Source: Anthoceros angustus | Taxonomy: Eukaryota; Plantae; Anthocerotophyta | Length of the DNA: 64,000 nucleotides | Assembly: GCA_010909165.1 (NCBI GenBank) | Contig: VJWM01000003.1 | Coordinates: forward strand, 124,001 to 188,000 | Direction of reading: 5' to 3' | Part shown: positions 11,432 through 23,829 of the stretch, one piece after another | Layout: the number at the start of each line of letters is the position of its first letter | Numbering within the stretch: position 1 is the stretch's first letter | The notes under the pieces: model-generated | Told to the model about the DNA's origin: nothing | The model's database searches: none | The model's input: the letters and a program-made list of their open reading frames with translations, nothing else | Program-made: the position numbers and the translations under genes

Positions 11432-14400
11432 TTAAGGCTTTTCGAGAGTTTGCACCTTATGGAGTTGGAATATCTCGCCGATCTGATCCTTTACCAACGG
11501 CTTGACCAGATCCCTCAGGGTAATCCATGCCTCCTTCACGGGAATGTCCTGGTCCGCCGATGGACCTGTCAGGTTGACATCTAACCTGGACAGGTCTGCG
11601 GCCAGAGAGGCCGCAGTGAGATGCAGCGCTCCATCCAAGTTGGTGAAGGGTCGAGAACCGCATTCCCAATGCCGTCAGCCAGGTGTAGGCCAGCTTTCAC
11701 TAGGAAAACTAAAACCTTGATATCAACCTCTGATTGCTATGGGCCTGATCCACCTCCACTTCGCATCCTCCATTATCAATTCACATCCAGTTTGGCCCTC
11801 CACGATGTGATTCCCAAAGATGTTTTCGCACATGAAGTGGAGCTTAGCCGCTTTGCCCACACGCACCCCTGCAATCAATCTCTGTACGAGACCCACGTCT
11901 GCAGTGGTAATGTAGGGACGTCTGGGTATCTGACTGCTTTCTAATTCTGCAGAGAAATTCATAATCTCATCCATCTTAGAAAGCAAGAATTGTTGAGTAT
12001 CTTCCTGCCCGGCCTTGATAGCGCTAATCTCATATTGGATAAGTTGCAAAGTCTCGCCAATTCTATCCACTTTGACTCCCACTGCTTTTACCTGTCTCCA
12101 CCATATTGACGTTGTGCTTCAAATCTCCTATCCCTTGACTGATGGTTTGCAACAGTTGCTCCCCCATCTCCGAGTGAGTTGTTCCGGGAAGGAATACAGT
12201 ACGTCGGATGTTGACAAACCGAGACGTTTGAACTGCTTTCACTTTTGTCTCCACCATTTTCACGTTGTGCTTCAAATCTCTTATCCCTTGATTGATGGTT
12301 TGCAACAGTTGCTCCCCCATCTCCGGGTGAGTTATTCCAGGGAGGGATATAGTACGTCGGATGTTGACAAACCGAGACGTTTGAACTGGTGCGTCTTACT
12401 GTGCGAGCACCCCTTTCTCTGTAGGCAGGACTTCCTCTACAGCTGGATCTACGTTGGAGATGGTTTGAAGGAGACCTGTTCGTCGCCTTTGCAAGACCGT
12501 CTAGATTTCACCAGCACTTAAGAGCTCTTTACCTCCCTCAAAGGCACTCTCCAACAAGGCTTCAGGACATGCTGGCCAAGACCATCTGTAGTCGGCCAGA
12601 TCCAATGAGGAGAAAATCTCCCCTGTAGAGTCGTTTTGGTCTGCAAAAATACACTTGAGCAAATCCTGCGTTAGCACTGACTGGTTATGCCGGTAGATAT
12701 AGAGTGTGAGGTTTTCTACACACTCGGTCCTGATAATTCCTTCCACAAGCTCGACTCCCGGACTGCCTTCAGGGGAAGCACAAAAAGGTTTCAACTTTGC
12801 AATCACCTGTTCGTGGAGAAGCTCGATAGTTTGATCTGCGTTCCAGAAACACAACCATACCATCACACAAGAAGTTTATGAGGTTGCGTTCAATACGAGA
12901 TTGATGAGGTTGCATGCCGAGGAATCCGGTAAACAAGTCCGTCCGGAGGCAGCCCTGCAATACGCAAACCTCCACAATGTCAGTATACAGGATGAAAACA
13001 CACACACCATCAAAACAAAGACATCTTCTTAGTTATCGTGCCTGGAATCTTGGAAAAAAGCCTGGACCAAGAAACGTCTTCGTCTTGTAACCAAGGCACT
13101 CCTTCCGAGGTAGTTGTAATTGCTTGCTGTATCAACAGTTTTCCAGGGCAACTGTCGTCTCCCATGAAGAGCGTTACCATTACCGTCGTCCAAGGTGAAG
13201 GGAACAAAGAATCCGACACCTCGAGTCACATCCTCTTCGTAGCATAACTAGAGAGTGGTCATCAATGATACCAGATTTTGCCAATCAATCCCCTTTGCTT
13301 GCGTGCCTTTGAGAATCTCATCCAAGGAGACTTCCATCTGAGGTATGTGACAAACTACCAGTAGACGGGCGACATTCTCCGGTTAGAAGCTGAATGAGTC
13401 GCCCTAAAAAATTATGACTCAGAGTGGATTTATGACCACAACATTCATTTCTTGAAAACAGGTGATACTACCCACATCTTGCAAATAATCGTTCCCCCTC
13501 ATCTTGAACCCCACCTTTGCGGAAACTCCGTAGCTCGTTTTGAAACGAAGTTTGGAATTGCTGTTTCCTAATAAGAGGTTGAGAATGTTGGGATACCCAG
13601 GCAGTCAAAACAGAGCTCAATCGGTTGCATACCTCGGGTACCCAAAAGAGTCTCGTTGCAAATAGCGCTCGAAACGATTCCGTGACTGCGTCCAGCAAGA
13701 GCTTCACACTCTTGGCAGATCGAGCGTCCATGGAGAAGAGTGGTGTTGTTTGCACGTGAACAACCTGCTCAAGCTCGGCATCAGAAGCCTTCATCTGATC
13801 CACATGAGTTGCCACCACAAATATTTGGGGCCACGTAGAGCCCACGTTGCGACAATTTGAGTTGATGAACCTAAGCCAGTACGCCAAGCTTCTTCTGAAC
13901 CTGTCCTGCAGGATGTGAGGCATATGAGGCGGATGCAGCTGGGGAGGTTTTCGAGCATCAAATGCGCTGAACGCAAACAGGAAGACACATGCTTGGTTGA
14001 AGGTCGGAAAGAGGTAGTCTTGCAGAGCTCGGTACTGAGCTTGTCCAGCCAGATCCCAGATGGTAACTTGCATATCATGGTCGTTGCGCAACACCTCGAT
14101 TTCTATGCCTTCCGTGCTGGTACAGGTGCCGGAAGACATCCATCGCCGAGCATGAGCCATTTTTTCCTTCGATCGAGCTGGAACTTGGCCGAGCTGGAAC
14201 GTGGGTGATGCGGCTGTGTGTCGTTTCCATGCGCGAATCATGGTGGTGCGGAGAGTGGTCTTCCGGGCACCGCACAGGAAGAGGCGCCCAGCCTTGGGCA
14301 TCACAGGCGCTTGCCCGTCCAAGAGCAAAGGCCAGTAAGCCTTTTGAGTAGAATCGCGTGCCAAGGCTGCATTGATGATTGCGTCCTTTCCTTCCGCTTC

Positions 14401-15632
14401 CCATGTTGTCCCCTGATGTTGATCTCCGTAACGTCTTGTTGACTTGAATACAGTTCATCAAGTCTCTAAACATGTCATGATCCAGGGCGTCCCAGAAATG
14501 TCGAGCTTTTCAGAGATGCGTTGTCCTCCAAGGATCTCAGCAACTGTTTCTTGAAAGAGGCATGGCCAATGACCCTCTACACGCGCAGGACACGCAGTGC
14601 TTTGCATTCCTGCAGCAACTGGACAAGGCGCATCCACACATCCGTCGATGGTCTGATAGTCCCGAGACGAAGTTCAGATATGGTGGAGTTGTGGCGCAAC
14701 TCGTCCAGGCCGTGGATGAGAGCATACGGGTGGTGACAAGCTTCTGGACACAATCGTTTGAGCGCAGAATTCCGGCCAGGGCGTCTGCTAGGCCGGCCTC
14801 CCCCTTCTCCAAGATATCCAAACTAAGCTCTGTGACACCAGCGACGAGGCATTCTCATCAGCGCGGTGAAAGCAAGTTCGAGCACAGTGCTCAAGGGCCC
14901 GAGGCCGCCGGGAATGGAACCCCCCAACGCAACGCCATGACCCAACTCCAGTTTCCGGAGCGTGGCACAGAGCGGAAGAGCAATTGCAATATACCGGGCT
15001 CCCGCCACATCCATGCTGATGTCAACCAGTCGCAGTTTCTTGAATCGGGGAGCAGTGGCCAGAATACGGGCCAGGTGCTGTGCCCTTTCAGCACCTTCCA
15101 CCTTGTTCCCTAGTAAGTACAATTCCTCCAAGATAGAATCCTTGTTGAAGCCTTTGGCCAGGGCACCCAGTCCCGCGGCATCAAGCCCAACACTGGATAC
15201 TGAAAGGACTTGTAAGCTGCGACTGGATGCAACAAGCTGGCCCAGAGCCTCGCAAGCCGCCTGCCTTCCAAAACCTTCACAGGTATACACATACAGACGT
15301 TCCAGGGAAGGGTTGGATGCCAGGCCTCCCAACAGAATCGACACTTCATCCTCACGATCCAAGCCGATGTGCAACGCGGGGTGAATGTACATGTCGGGGC
15401 CGAGACTGCGGCAGTTGGCAATGGCTGTCAACACCCGCTTGCGCACTCGCCAGTGCCTTCCCTCATCACCATTACGTGGACCACGAATTCGATATGTGAA
15501 GTAGCCGCCATGCTCTCCATCATTCGCCAGGTCGGGTAGATCGGACAAGGCATTCCGGCCCAGATCTACAAGCAGCTGCTGCAGCTGAGCCGGCAGGGCG
15601 CCCCAATCCTCCTCCTCATGCTCTTCCGCCAT
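11432..15632 (-). pseudogene. TORNADO1-like LRR-Roc-COR (ROCO) gene, full span but multiply frameshifted (copy B)
   Basis: RI-type LRRs (15632-14540); Roc motifs RLFLCGARKTTL, STEGIEIE, IWDLAGQAQY, FVVATH; COR pieces (FFVPFTL, YLGR, frameshifted PGFFPRFQ); C-terminal IPRRPYIT...LHFMCE...HIVEGQTG typical of plant TRN1-like proteins. Confidence 0.85.
12093..12388 (-). repeat. In-frame 153-bp (51-codon) tandem duplication inside the ROCO C-terminal region
   Basis: tgtctccacca... starts at 12093 and 12246; translation repeats MGEQLLQTI(N/S)QGI(R/G)DLKHNV(K/N)MVET. Confidence 0.9.
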
Positions 15633-16269
15633 GCTATGCTATGCTTCCCAGGACAGCAAAGCAAATATGATGTATGATCTCTTTGCAGCGGGGCAGCGAG
15701 TAACAGGTTCACAGCTCACGACACACACACTCGTGGCTTGGGATAAGGTCTCCAGGAGACTGGAGGCGGGTGGCCGGACAGATGATAGGGCTCATAGTCA
15801 TGGCTTGTTTTTCCACAATAGCTGCAACGCCATCCTCCATGAATGAGCCATTTGGATGGTCTGAAATAACAAGTGGCTGCGCGGAGTGGCTGGTGCTTTT
15901 TTTATAGTGGATTGGTCTCCGTACTCAAAGCATATATCAAGTGCCTCGTCAGGCCCTGACGAAATCAAAAGCTGCGCAAAGGTATCCTATGCACACCATC
16001 TGGACGAGCACCTCCTTGAGTGCTTTTCCGGCAACACCCTGCCAGGCCTAAGTAATATTCCGGTAACAAATGCGTGTTCTGAAGGGAAACATCTTTTCTC
16101 CTTCCCCATGCACCAACACTGTAACATCAACTTCTAATAGCGACGAGGGCGAAAAGCTATGAGGGCTGCACCCCTATGCCATCAAAAAAGCCTTCTAAGC
16201 CAGTTGAGGCCCATCAAAACCCTTCATCTTCTTCAAGCCAGATGTTTTTGCAAAAACTCCAAGTTGCTC

Positions 16270-17144
16270 AGATATTCATGGAGGACAACACATCCACACG
16301 CTTCAGCCCGAGGTCCTTGAGAACTGAGATGGACTTGCATTTCCTGAGAAACACTGTACAGGAGAAGCCAGGAGTGTAACATATCCCTACACAGTACATC
16401 CAGTCTACAGGAGAATGCAACAGCTTCGCGAACTTGAGCAGACAACCCACACGTGTAGACATACTAACTGCTCCAGGATAGAATCGAAGTGTGCCATCCA
16501 CAATTCCAAATTAAAAGCTGGAAGATACACCGTCGGAGGAATTCTGATAGGCTGCTGCGAACGTTTGATCCAGCATTCGATGTGCACAAACTGCCGAAAC
16601 CCTTTTCATTCTCAGACTGGTGGCGATCCGGAACCAGGTACTCTGCAAACGGATCAGGTCTTCCATAAGCACCTATGACCTGACTGTGAAGGCTCTCGAT
16701 AACCTGGATGGACTACGGACCCAGCCCGTACCCGTGCTGACCTGACATAGCTCCCCGTTGCAATATCCCTGCCCGCTAGGAGCAGCGCAATTCGAGTTTT
16801 GACACACATATGTGCACTGGTAGTCGTGATTATCCTCAAGCCGACTACTGCAGGCAGCCCTAGTGCAAGCCGATGCAGTACAGTTGCGCAAAAGATCTGC
16901 ACACCAATGCATGCATATTGGCAACCTGCTGCAACCAGCTGCAACTTCCTACGCCACAGCTCCACAACATACCGCAACTGGCCGCATCATTCAGCACAGC
17001 TTGCTGCACAATGGCCCGCACCTCGCTCTCCCTCTGCAACACGTATGTGTCACCGGCCGATTGCGCACTCACAGCGCACCATTTCCTGACGCTGGCAAGC
17101 AGGCATCAAAGCAGAATCCGACGAAACCGCCAGTCCTCCGCCAT
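16270..17144 (-). pseudogene. alpha2delta/CACHD1-like gene, 5' part only (array copy 0)
   Basis: Homologous to exons 1-3 of copy 1; TGA at codon 13 (MAEDWRFRRILL*); homology ends shortly after ISVLKDL...VDVLSSM. Confidence 0.85.
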
Positions 17145-17855
17145 TCTCCAAGACTTCATATCTCTTCAGGACAGCTTTACCCGGGTGAATCTCCTCGCAT
17201 TCTCAGAGACTGTGTTCCAGAGAGGACGGGTCCTCCAATGTGCCATAGCCACCCGAGGCAACAGAAAGCAGGATCGCTGAACCTCCGTCCACATTTAACA
17301 TTCAACATGAAGCAAATTGACAGAGTCTCATCACCCCTGGAGCGGGGCAGTCGGGTTAGGTTAACCCGAACCCCGGTTTCTTGGAACGATTCAAGGCTCT
17401 CCGACGCGGGAGAGCTTCCCATGATCGTTGCCCTGGCAGAAGCAGCAGCAAATTCTGCGTGCATTTGCTGAACTTGCAAGGACGGTGCGCTGCAGGCGTG
17501 AGTCGGGCGCGCACACACGGAGAGAGCTTGCTTGCCGAGATCGCGGCTTCAAATGCTCTACATCGCATCGATATGGGAGCAGGTTGGTACGCGATCACTT
17601 GGCAAGCTTCACGTGTTTTCGGAGCACATCTGTATGTTTGTGCATTTCGGAGCGCTTGGGCCTTTTCTGGCGGGCATGTACCTCCAATTCTCCATCCGTG
17701 CCTGTTGCTGGAATCCTGCACAGGACTGCAGGCACAGGCTAGGGATGGACCGTGTCACATGGGGAGGAGTCTCCTCGATTGAAGGCAGCACACCCACTAC
17801 TTCAAGTCACAGATACTCCCAGCCTCCGGGTCCTTCTAGACAATAGATGTCCACT

Positions 17856-20328
17856 TCATATCTTTGGCTTGGGAGATGGTGGAGAATTCAGGGTGGTGTC
17901 GACGGAGAGACCGGGTGGATCGGCGGGATTTCCGGTGGCTGTATAGGTGGGCTTCTCGCTGGCTGTTTTCTTCCAGAGGAAATAGGCTACGACACCGACG
18001 CCCACAGCAGCAGCAGCAGCTACAAGTATGATCCACCGGAGGAAGGAAGAGTGCGAGCCAGAGAGACTGACACCTCCGCATCCAGGGCAGCATAACAGGT
18101 CCGTGTAGTTGTGAACATTATCGGTCTGCTTGCACACTGCAGTGAGAGCGGCATTGGCAGTAGTGGTACCGTTGCAGAGCTTGGTACCCCCCTGCACTGT
18201 CTGCGGCCAGATGCACTGTTATGAGCCTAGCTAGCCTCGTGCATACGCAGGGTGACTGGAGTTGGAGAGAGACTACTCACAGGACAAGGGGAGACCGACG
18301 GCGCGCCCGATGGGTAAGTTAGTGGTGACCCAGGAATCCTGTTGTTTGTGAGGAAGTCGGTGATCTGGGATTGGAGGGTTGTGGTGATCTGCGCCACCTG
18401 CATGTCGAGTCCGACCACTCCAATGAGCTGCTGACTGTCAGCAGAAAATGCTGCAAGTTCATCATCACCAAGTTCAGTGAGCACCAGGACGTGGTGGACA
18501 GTTACAAGTCAGCACCGGTTACAAGTCAGCAGACGATGATCTATACATACCCGGATATGCGACGGTGATAACCTGTCCTAGAAAACCATAATCTTCGTAA
18601 GGCAGCTGCCAAAATGCCGGCGTTGTGAGGTTCTGGGTGGCCAGGTTCCGGGATTGAGCCAAGAAGGTGAAGTATGACTTGATGGCAAATAGGGAATTTG
18701 CCAAAGAGTTGATGTCAATGGTCTCGATGTGCCCATGCTTCACCTGGCAAGCAACAGAACCCAGCGTGGGTTCCGTATCCTTGACCTCATAGACGAACAA
18801 GGCGATGTTGCTGTCATTGAGCTGTTGCAGGAGAGGAGATAGCTCCTGAGTAGAGGCAGGGGACTTGCCATCTGTGAGCACAAGTACAATCTGCGATTCA
18901 TGACACATGTCAAAAACATTTGCCCTGCGAACGTGGGGTCCCAACATTTGTCCTCCAGTCATCAGGGAATGCACCTTTGAAACTGTTTCAGCAGTCATTA
19001 CAATAGCATGTACCTTGAGCGCCCCATCGGGTGACCCTTTGCTAAAGACCTGGAGAGCTCCTGATATACCGGTCGTCAAGTTAGAAACACTTGCAGACGC
19101 ATTCACAGTCAGTTCCGGAATTCTTTGAAAGATCGGATCAGTCTTGTTAACTCCATCCGTTCCTGTGACAAGAAGCTGCAAGACAAACATAAGCATTTGA
19201 GAACTCAATCGTAGGACAAATACATAGTCTTCAAGGAGCTGACCCCAAGTATTTCTGCTCGGCACAGGGCTCGTAGACTCCAAAAGTAGTCTACCTGAAC
19301 TAACAAGTTGGCTGTGGAAGCAGTGCTGTAGGACAAGACTGTAGCACGGTCGTCTTTTGTCAGTGTAAGCAGCAGCTGCCCGGTGATGTTCTTTGCACCT
19401 TGTAAGGCAGTTGTTAAATGAAAAACTCCAAACTGCTCGTCCATTGAGGACGCCACATCCACGAGCACCACCAGGTCCTTGAGAACTGAGATGGCCCCGA
19501 CGTACCATGGTCTGACCCTTGGATCGAAACCGTCGCAGTCTCGCACTTCCTGAGAATCACAGGAGACGGCAAAGCAGTGTAACAGATTCCTACAGAGTAT
19601 AAAGGAAGCCACAGGTTCGCGAACTCTACTCACTGTTCCAGGATAGAAGCGAAAGGTGCCATCCACAGTTCCGAAATAGAAGTTGTAGTACACACCGTCG
19701 GAGGAGCTTTGATGGGCTGCTGCGAACGTTGGATCCAGCATTCGCTGTGCACAGATTGCCGACACCCTTTCCACACTCAGGCTGTTGCTCGAGAAACCCG
19801 GTACTCTGCAAACGGATCAGGCATTCCATGAGCACCTATGACCTGGCTGTAAAGGGCCCTCGTTAACCTTGATTGAGATCAGAATCCAGCCCGTGCTCAC
19901 CTGACATAGCTCCTCTTGTAGTCTGCCCTCAGGCTGTTGCAGTATCCCTGGCCGCTAGTAGCAGCGCAATCCGAGTTATGCAACACATCCACGCACTCGT
20001 AGTCCTCATTATCCTCTAGCCGCCTGCTGCAGGCAGCTCTGGAGCAAGCCGATGCGATGCAGTTGCTCACAAGATCTACACACCAAGGCATGATAGTCTA
20101 AATCCGAACCTGCACGCCCTGGCTGCAACAGCCTACTCCAAAGCTCCACAACCTACCGCAACTGGCCTCATCATTCAGCACAGCTTGCTGCACAATGGCG
20201 TGCACCTCGCTCTCCCGCTGCAACACATATGTCTCACCGGCCGATTGCGCACTCACAGCGCACTTTTTCCTGACGCTTGCAAGCAGGCAACAAAGCAGAA
20301 TCCAGCGAAACCGCCAGTCCTCCTCCAT
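17856..20328 (-). CDS. alpha2delta/CACHD1-like VWA+dCache_1 single-pass membrane protein (array copy 1), predicted intact, 8 exons, 601 aa
   Basis: Exons 20328-20157, 20075-19901, 19805-19634, 19549-19295, 19175-19014, 18890-18551, 18450-18281, 18215-17856; all introns GT-AG; 1806 nt in frame. Signal peptide; YFGTVDGTFRFYPG; FDPRVRPWYVGAISVLKDLVVLVDVASSM; LTDG; FWQLPYEDY..VITVAYP; LIGVVGLD; Cys-rich stalk; TM; about 40-aa tail. Confidence 0.85.
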
Positions 20329-21243
20329 TCTCCAAGACCTCATCATCTCTTCAGGACAGCTTTAACCGACTGAATCTCCTCGCATCCTTGGAGAGCGCGT
20401 TCCAGAAAGGACGGGTCCTCCTATGTCCCATTTCCACTGAAGGCAACCGCATGCAGGACCGCTGAATTTCCGTCCACCCACATTCAACATTCAACAGATT
20501 CAACTTGAAGCAACTTGACCGGGTCTCGCGCAACCGTGTCGGGTTAGGTTAACCCGGGCCCCGGTTTCATTAGACGATTTACAATACACATACACCGGCA
20601 GATCATCTTGCCATGATCGTTCCCCTGGCAGAAAGGCAGAAACAGCAGCAAATTCTGCGTGCATTTGCTGCGCTTGCAAGGACTGTGCACTGCAGGCGTG
20701 ACTCGCATACACCCGGACAGAGATTGCCGCCATCTCGGCTTCAAATGCTCTACGTAGCATCGATATCGGAGCAGGTGGTCTCAAATTCACCAGCTGCTGC
20801 GCACAGTGGGGCACTCGCTTCCGGTATCCTCCGATTCCACCCACCCAGCAGGACGGCCATGGCTTTCGCGGTGTCCCGCAGCTGGCTTTCAATTCGGCTT
20901 CTGGTCGTGCTGCTCATCGGCAGCCCACAACGACGCAAACGAAGACGCACGTGCCTGGCGGCGGAGGAGAATTTGGCAAAACAGATGCAGACGGCAGGCT
21001 GGTGCGCATTCACATGGCAAGCTTGTCAAACGATTTCGCTGGGGCTTTTTAAGATGTACTGGCTAGCAATCATCCGTAGCTTTGGGGCGTGGACATTTGT
21101 GGGGGAACTTAGATTCTCCATCCATATCTGTTCCTGGAATCTTGCACAGAATTCCAGGCACGGCGATGGACAAGACAACGGATTGATTGAAGTACTAAGT
21201 ACTCCCAGGTCCTGAACGTCCTACTAAGGTACCCAAGGAAGCT

Positions 21244-23717
21244 TCATATCTTTCGCTTGGAAGGACCTGGAGACTGGAGGCTGGTGTCCAAGAGGCGATC
21301 GGGTCCATAGTCTGTCACAGTGGCTGCATTGGTGTCAAGTTCGTCAATTCTGTAGCCTTCGCACGGACCCCAACACCACATCCAAAGGAAGTAGGCTACG
21401 ACACCGACGACCACAGCACCTCCAGCAGCCACAGGTATGATCCACCGAAGCTTAAGGCGGAAAGACTGCGAGCCAGATAGATTGACACCCCCGCATTCAG
21501 GGCAGCATAACAGATCCGTGTAGTTGTGAACATAATCGGTCTGCTTGCACACTGGAGTGGCAGCGGCCGCGGCACTGTTGCAGAGCTTGGTACCCGTCCC
21601 CACGGTCTGCGACCAAGTGCACTGTTGTGAGCCTAGGTAGCCTGATGCATACGCAGGGAGATTGAGTGGGAGAGTGGACACTCACAGGACAAGGGGAGAC
21701 CGACGGTGCGCCCAATGAGTAAGCTATTGGGGACACAGGAATCCTGTTGTTTGTCAGGAACTCGGTGATCTCGGACTGGAGGGCTGGGGTGATTAGATCC
21801 ACCTGCATGTCGAGTCCGGCTACTCCAATGAGCTGACCGTCCGCAGAAATTGCTGCAAGTTCATCACCAACAAGTTCTATCAACATCAGGACGTGGTGAA
21901 CAGTTGTCAGCAGCGATAAAGCAAACGATGATAGTTACCAGGCTGTGCGACGGTGATGACCTGCCCTCGGAAACTGTAATCTTCGTAAGGCAGTTGCCAA
22001 AATGTCTGCTGTTGAGGCGTAGACAGGTTTCGGGATTGAGCCAAGAACGTGAAATAAGACTTGATGGCAAAGAGCGAATTCTGCAAGGAGTTGATGTCAA
22101 CAGTCTCGACGTGCCCATTCTTAACCTGGCAAGCAACCGCAGCCAGCGTGGAATCCGTGTCCTTGATCTCGTAGACGAACAAGGCGATGTTGCTGTCATT
22201 AAATTGTTGCAGGAGAGAAGAGAGCTCCTCAGCAGCAGCTGGGGACTGGCCATTTGTGAGCACAAGTACAATCTGCAAGCAAGGATTAATGTCACACATC
22301 AAGGAATTTGACCCCAGTTATCAAGGAATGCACGTTTGAAACTGTTTCAGCAGTCATTACAATAGCACATACCTTGAGCGCCCCAACAGCTGATCCAGTT
22401 TTAAAGACTTGGAGAGCTTGTGATATCCCAGTCGTCAAGTTTGAAACTTTTGCCGAAGCATTAACAGTCAGCTCCAGAATTTGTTGGAAAATTGGATCAC
22501 TAATGTTCACTCCATCTGTTACCAGAAGCTGCAAGGCAAAGATGCGCATTTGAGGACTCAATCGTAGAACAAATATCTAGTCTTCAAGGACCTCACCTAA
22601 GTGTTTCTGCTCCGGACAGGGCTCGTACACTCCAAAACAAGCCTACCTGACCTAATGGGTTGGTTGTGGGAGGACTGCTGTAGGAGAGGACTGTAGCACG
22701 GTCGTCTTGCGTTAGTGTACGCAGCAGCTGCTCCGTGATGCGCTTTGCACCTGCTAAGGCAGTTGTTATCTGAAAAACTCCAAACTGCTGATCCATGGAG
22801 GACGACACATCCACAAGCACCACAAGGTCCTTGAGAACTGAGATGGCCCCTGTGTACCATGGTCTGATCCTTGGATCGTAACCGTTGCAGTCTTGCACTT
22901 CCTGGGAATCACAGGAGAAGCCAGAGCAGTGTCACAGATCCCTCCAGAGTACATACAGTCTACTAGAGAATACAACAGATTCGCGAACTTGAGCAAAAAT
23001 GCCACACCTGCAGACATACTCACTGTTCCAGGATAGAAGCGAAAGGTACCATCCACAGTGCCGAAGTAGAAGTTGTAATAATTACCATCGGAATTCTGAG
23101 AGGCTGCTGCAGCGAACGTGTGGTCCAGCATTCGATGTGCACAGATTGCAAAACTCCTTTCAATACTCACACTGCTGGTGTTCAGCAAGCCAGGTACTCT
23201 GCAAACGGATCAGGCATTGAATAAGCACCTGTGACCTCACTGTAAAGGCTCGCCAACCTTGAGATAACGCAGCAACCTGAGATAGCTCCTCTGGTAGTTT
23301 GCCCTCAGGCTGTTGCAGGCCCCCTGCCCGCCAGGAGCAGAGCAATTCAAGTTTTGCCACACATCCACGCACTGGTACTGTTGATTATCTTCAAGCAGCC
23401 TGTAGCAGGCAGCCCGGGAGCAAGCCGATGCGGAGCAGTTGCTCACAAGATCTGCACACCACGGCATGCTAGTCCAATTCCGGAACTTGACAACTTGGCT
23501 GCAAGCAGCTGCAACAGCCTACTCCACACTCCACAGCTCCACAACCTACCGCAACTGTACGCATCATTCACCACAGCCTGTTGCACAATGGCTCGCACCT
23601 CGCTCTCCCGCTGCAACACATATTGCTCACCAACCGATTGCGCACCACAGCGCACTTCCTGACGCTTGCAAGCAGGCAACAAAGCAGAATCCAGCGAAAC
23701 CGCCAGTCCTCCTCCAT
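21244..23717 (-). pseudogene. alpha2delta-like gene (array copy 2); exons 2-8 open, exon 1 frameshifted as assembled
   Basis: YDPRIRPWYTGA, DVSSSM, LTNG, FWQLPYEDY, LIGVAGLD, TM. The start of exon 1 (23640-23830) switches to copy-1 sequence with a 4-nt loss, while an intact version of this exon is at 25133-25423, so the lesion may be an assembly chimera. Confidence 0.7.
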
Positions 23718-23829
23718 TCTCCAAGACCTCATCATCTCTTCAGGACAGCTTTAACCGACTGAATCTCCTCGCATCCTTGGAGGCGCGTTCCAGAAAGGAC
23801 GGGTCCTCCTATGTCCCATTTCCACTGAA

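Noticed and set aside
18519-19508. 329-aa ORF as a single-exon gene
   Set aside because: It is read-through of introns and an alternative frame across exons 4-6 of copy 1.
19897-20110. Apparent premature stops in alpha2delta-like copy 1 (QVRI*, YVR*)
   Set aside because: Both fall in GT-AG introns whose positions and phases are conserved in the 43-46 kb paralogue.
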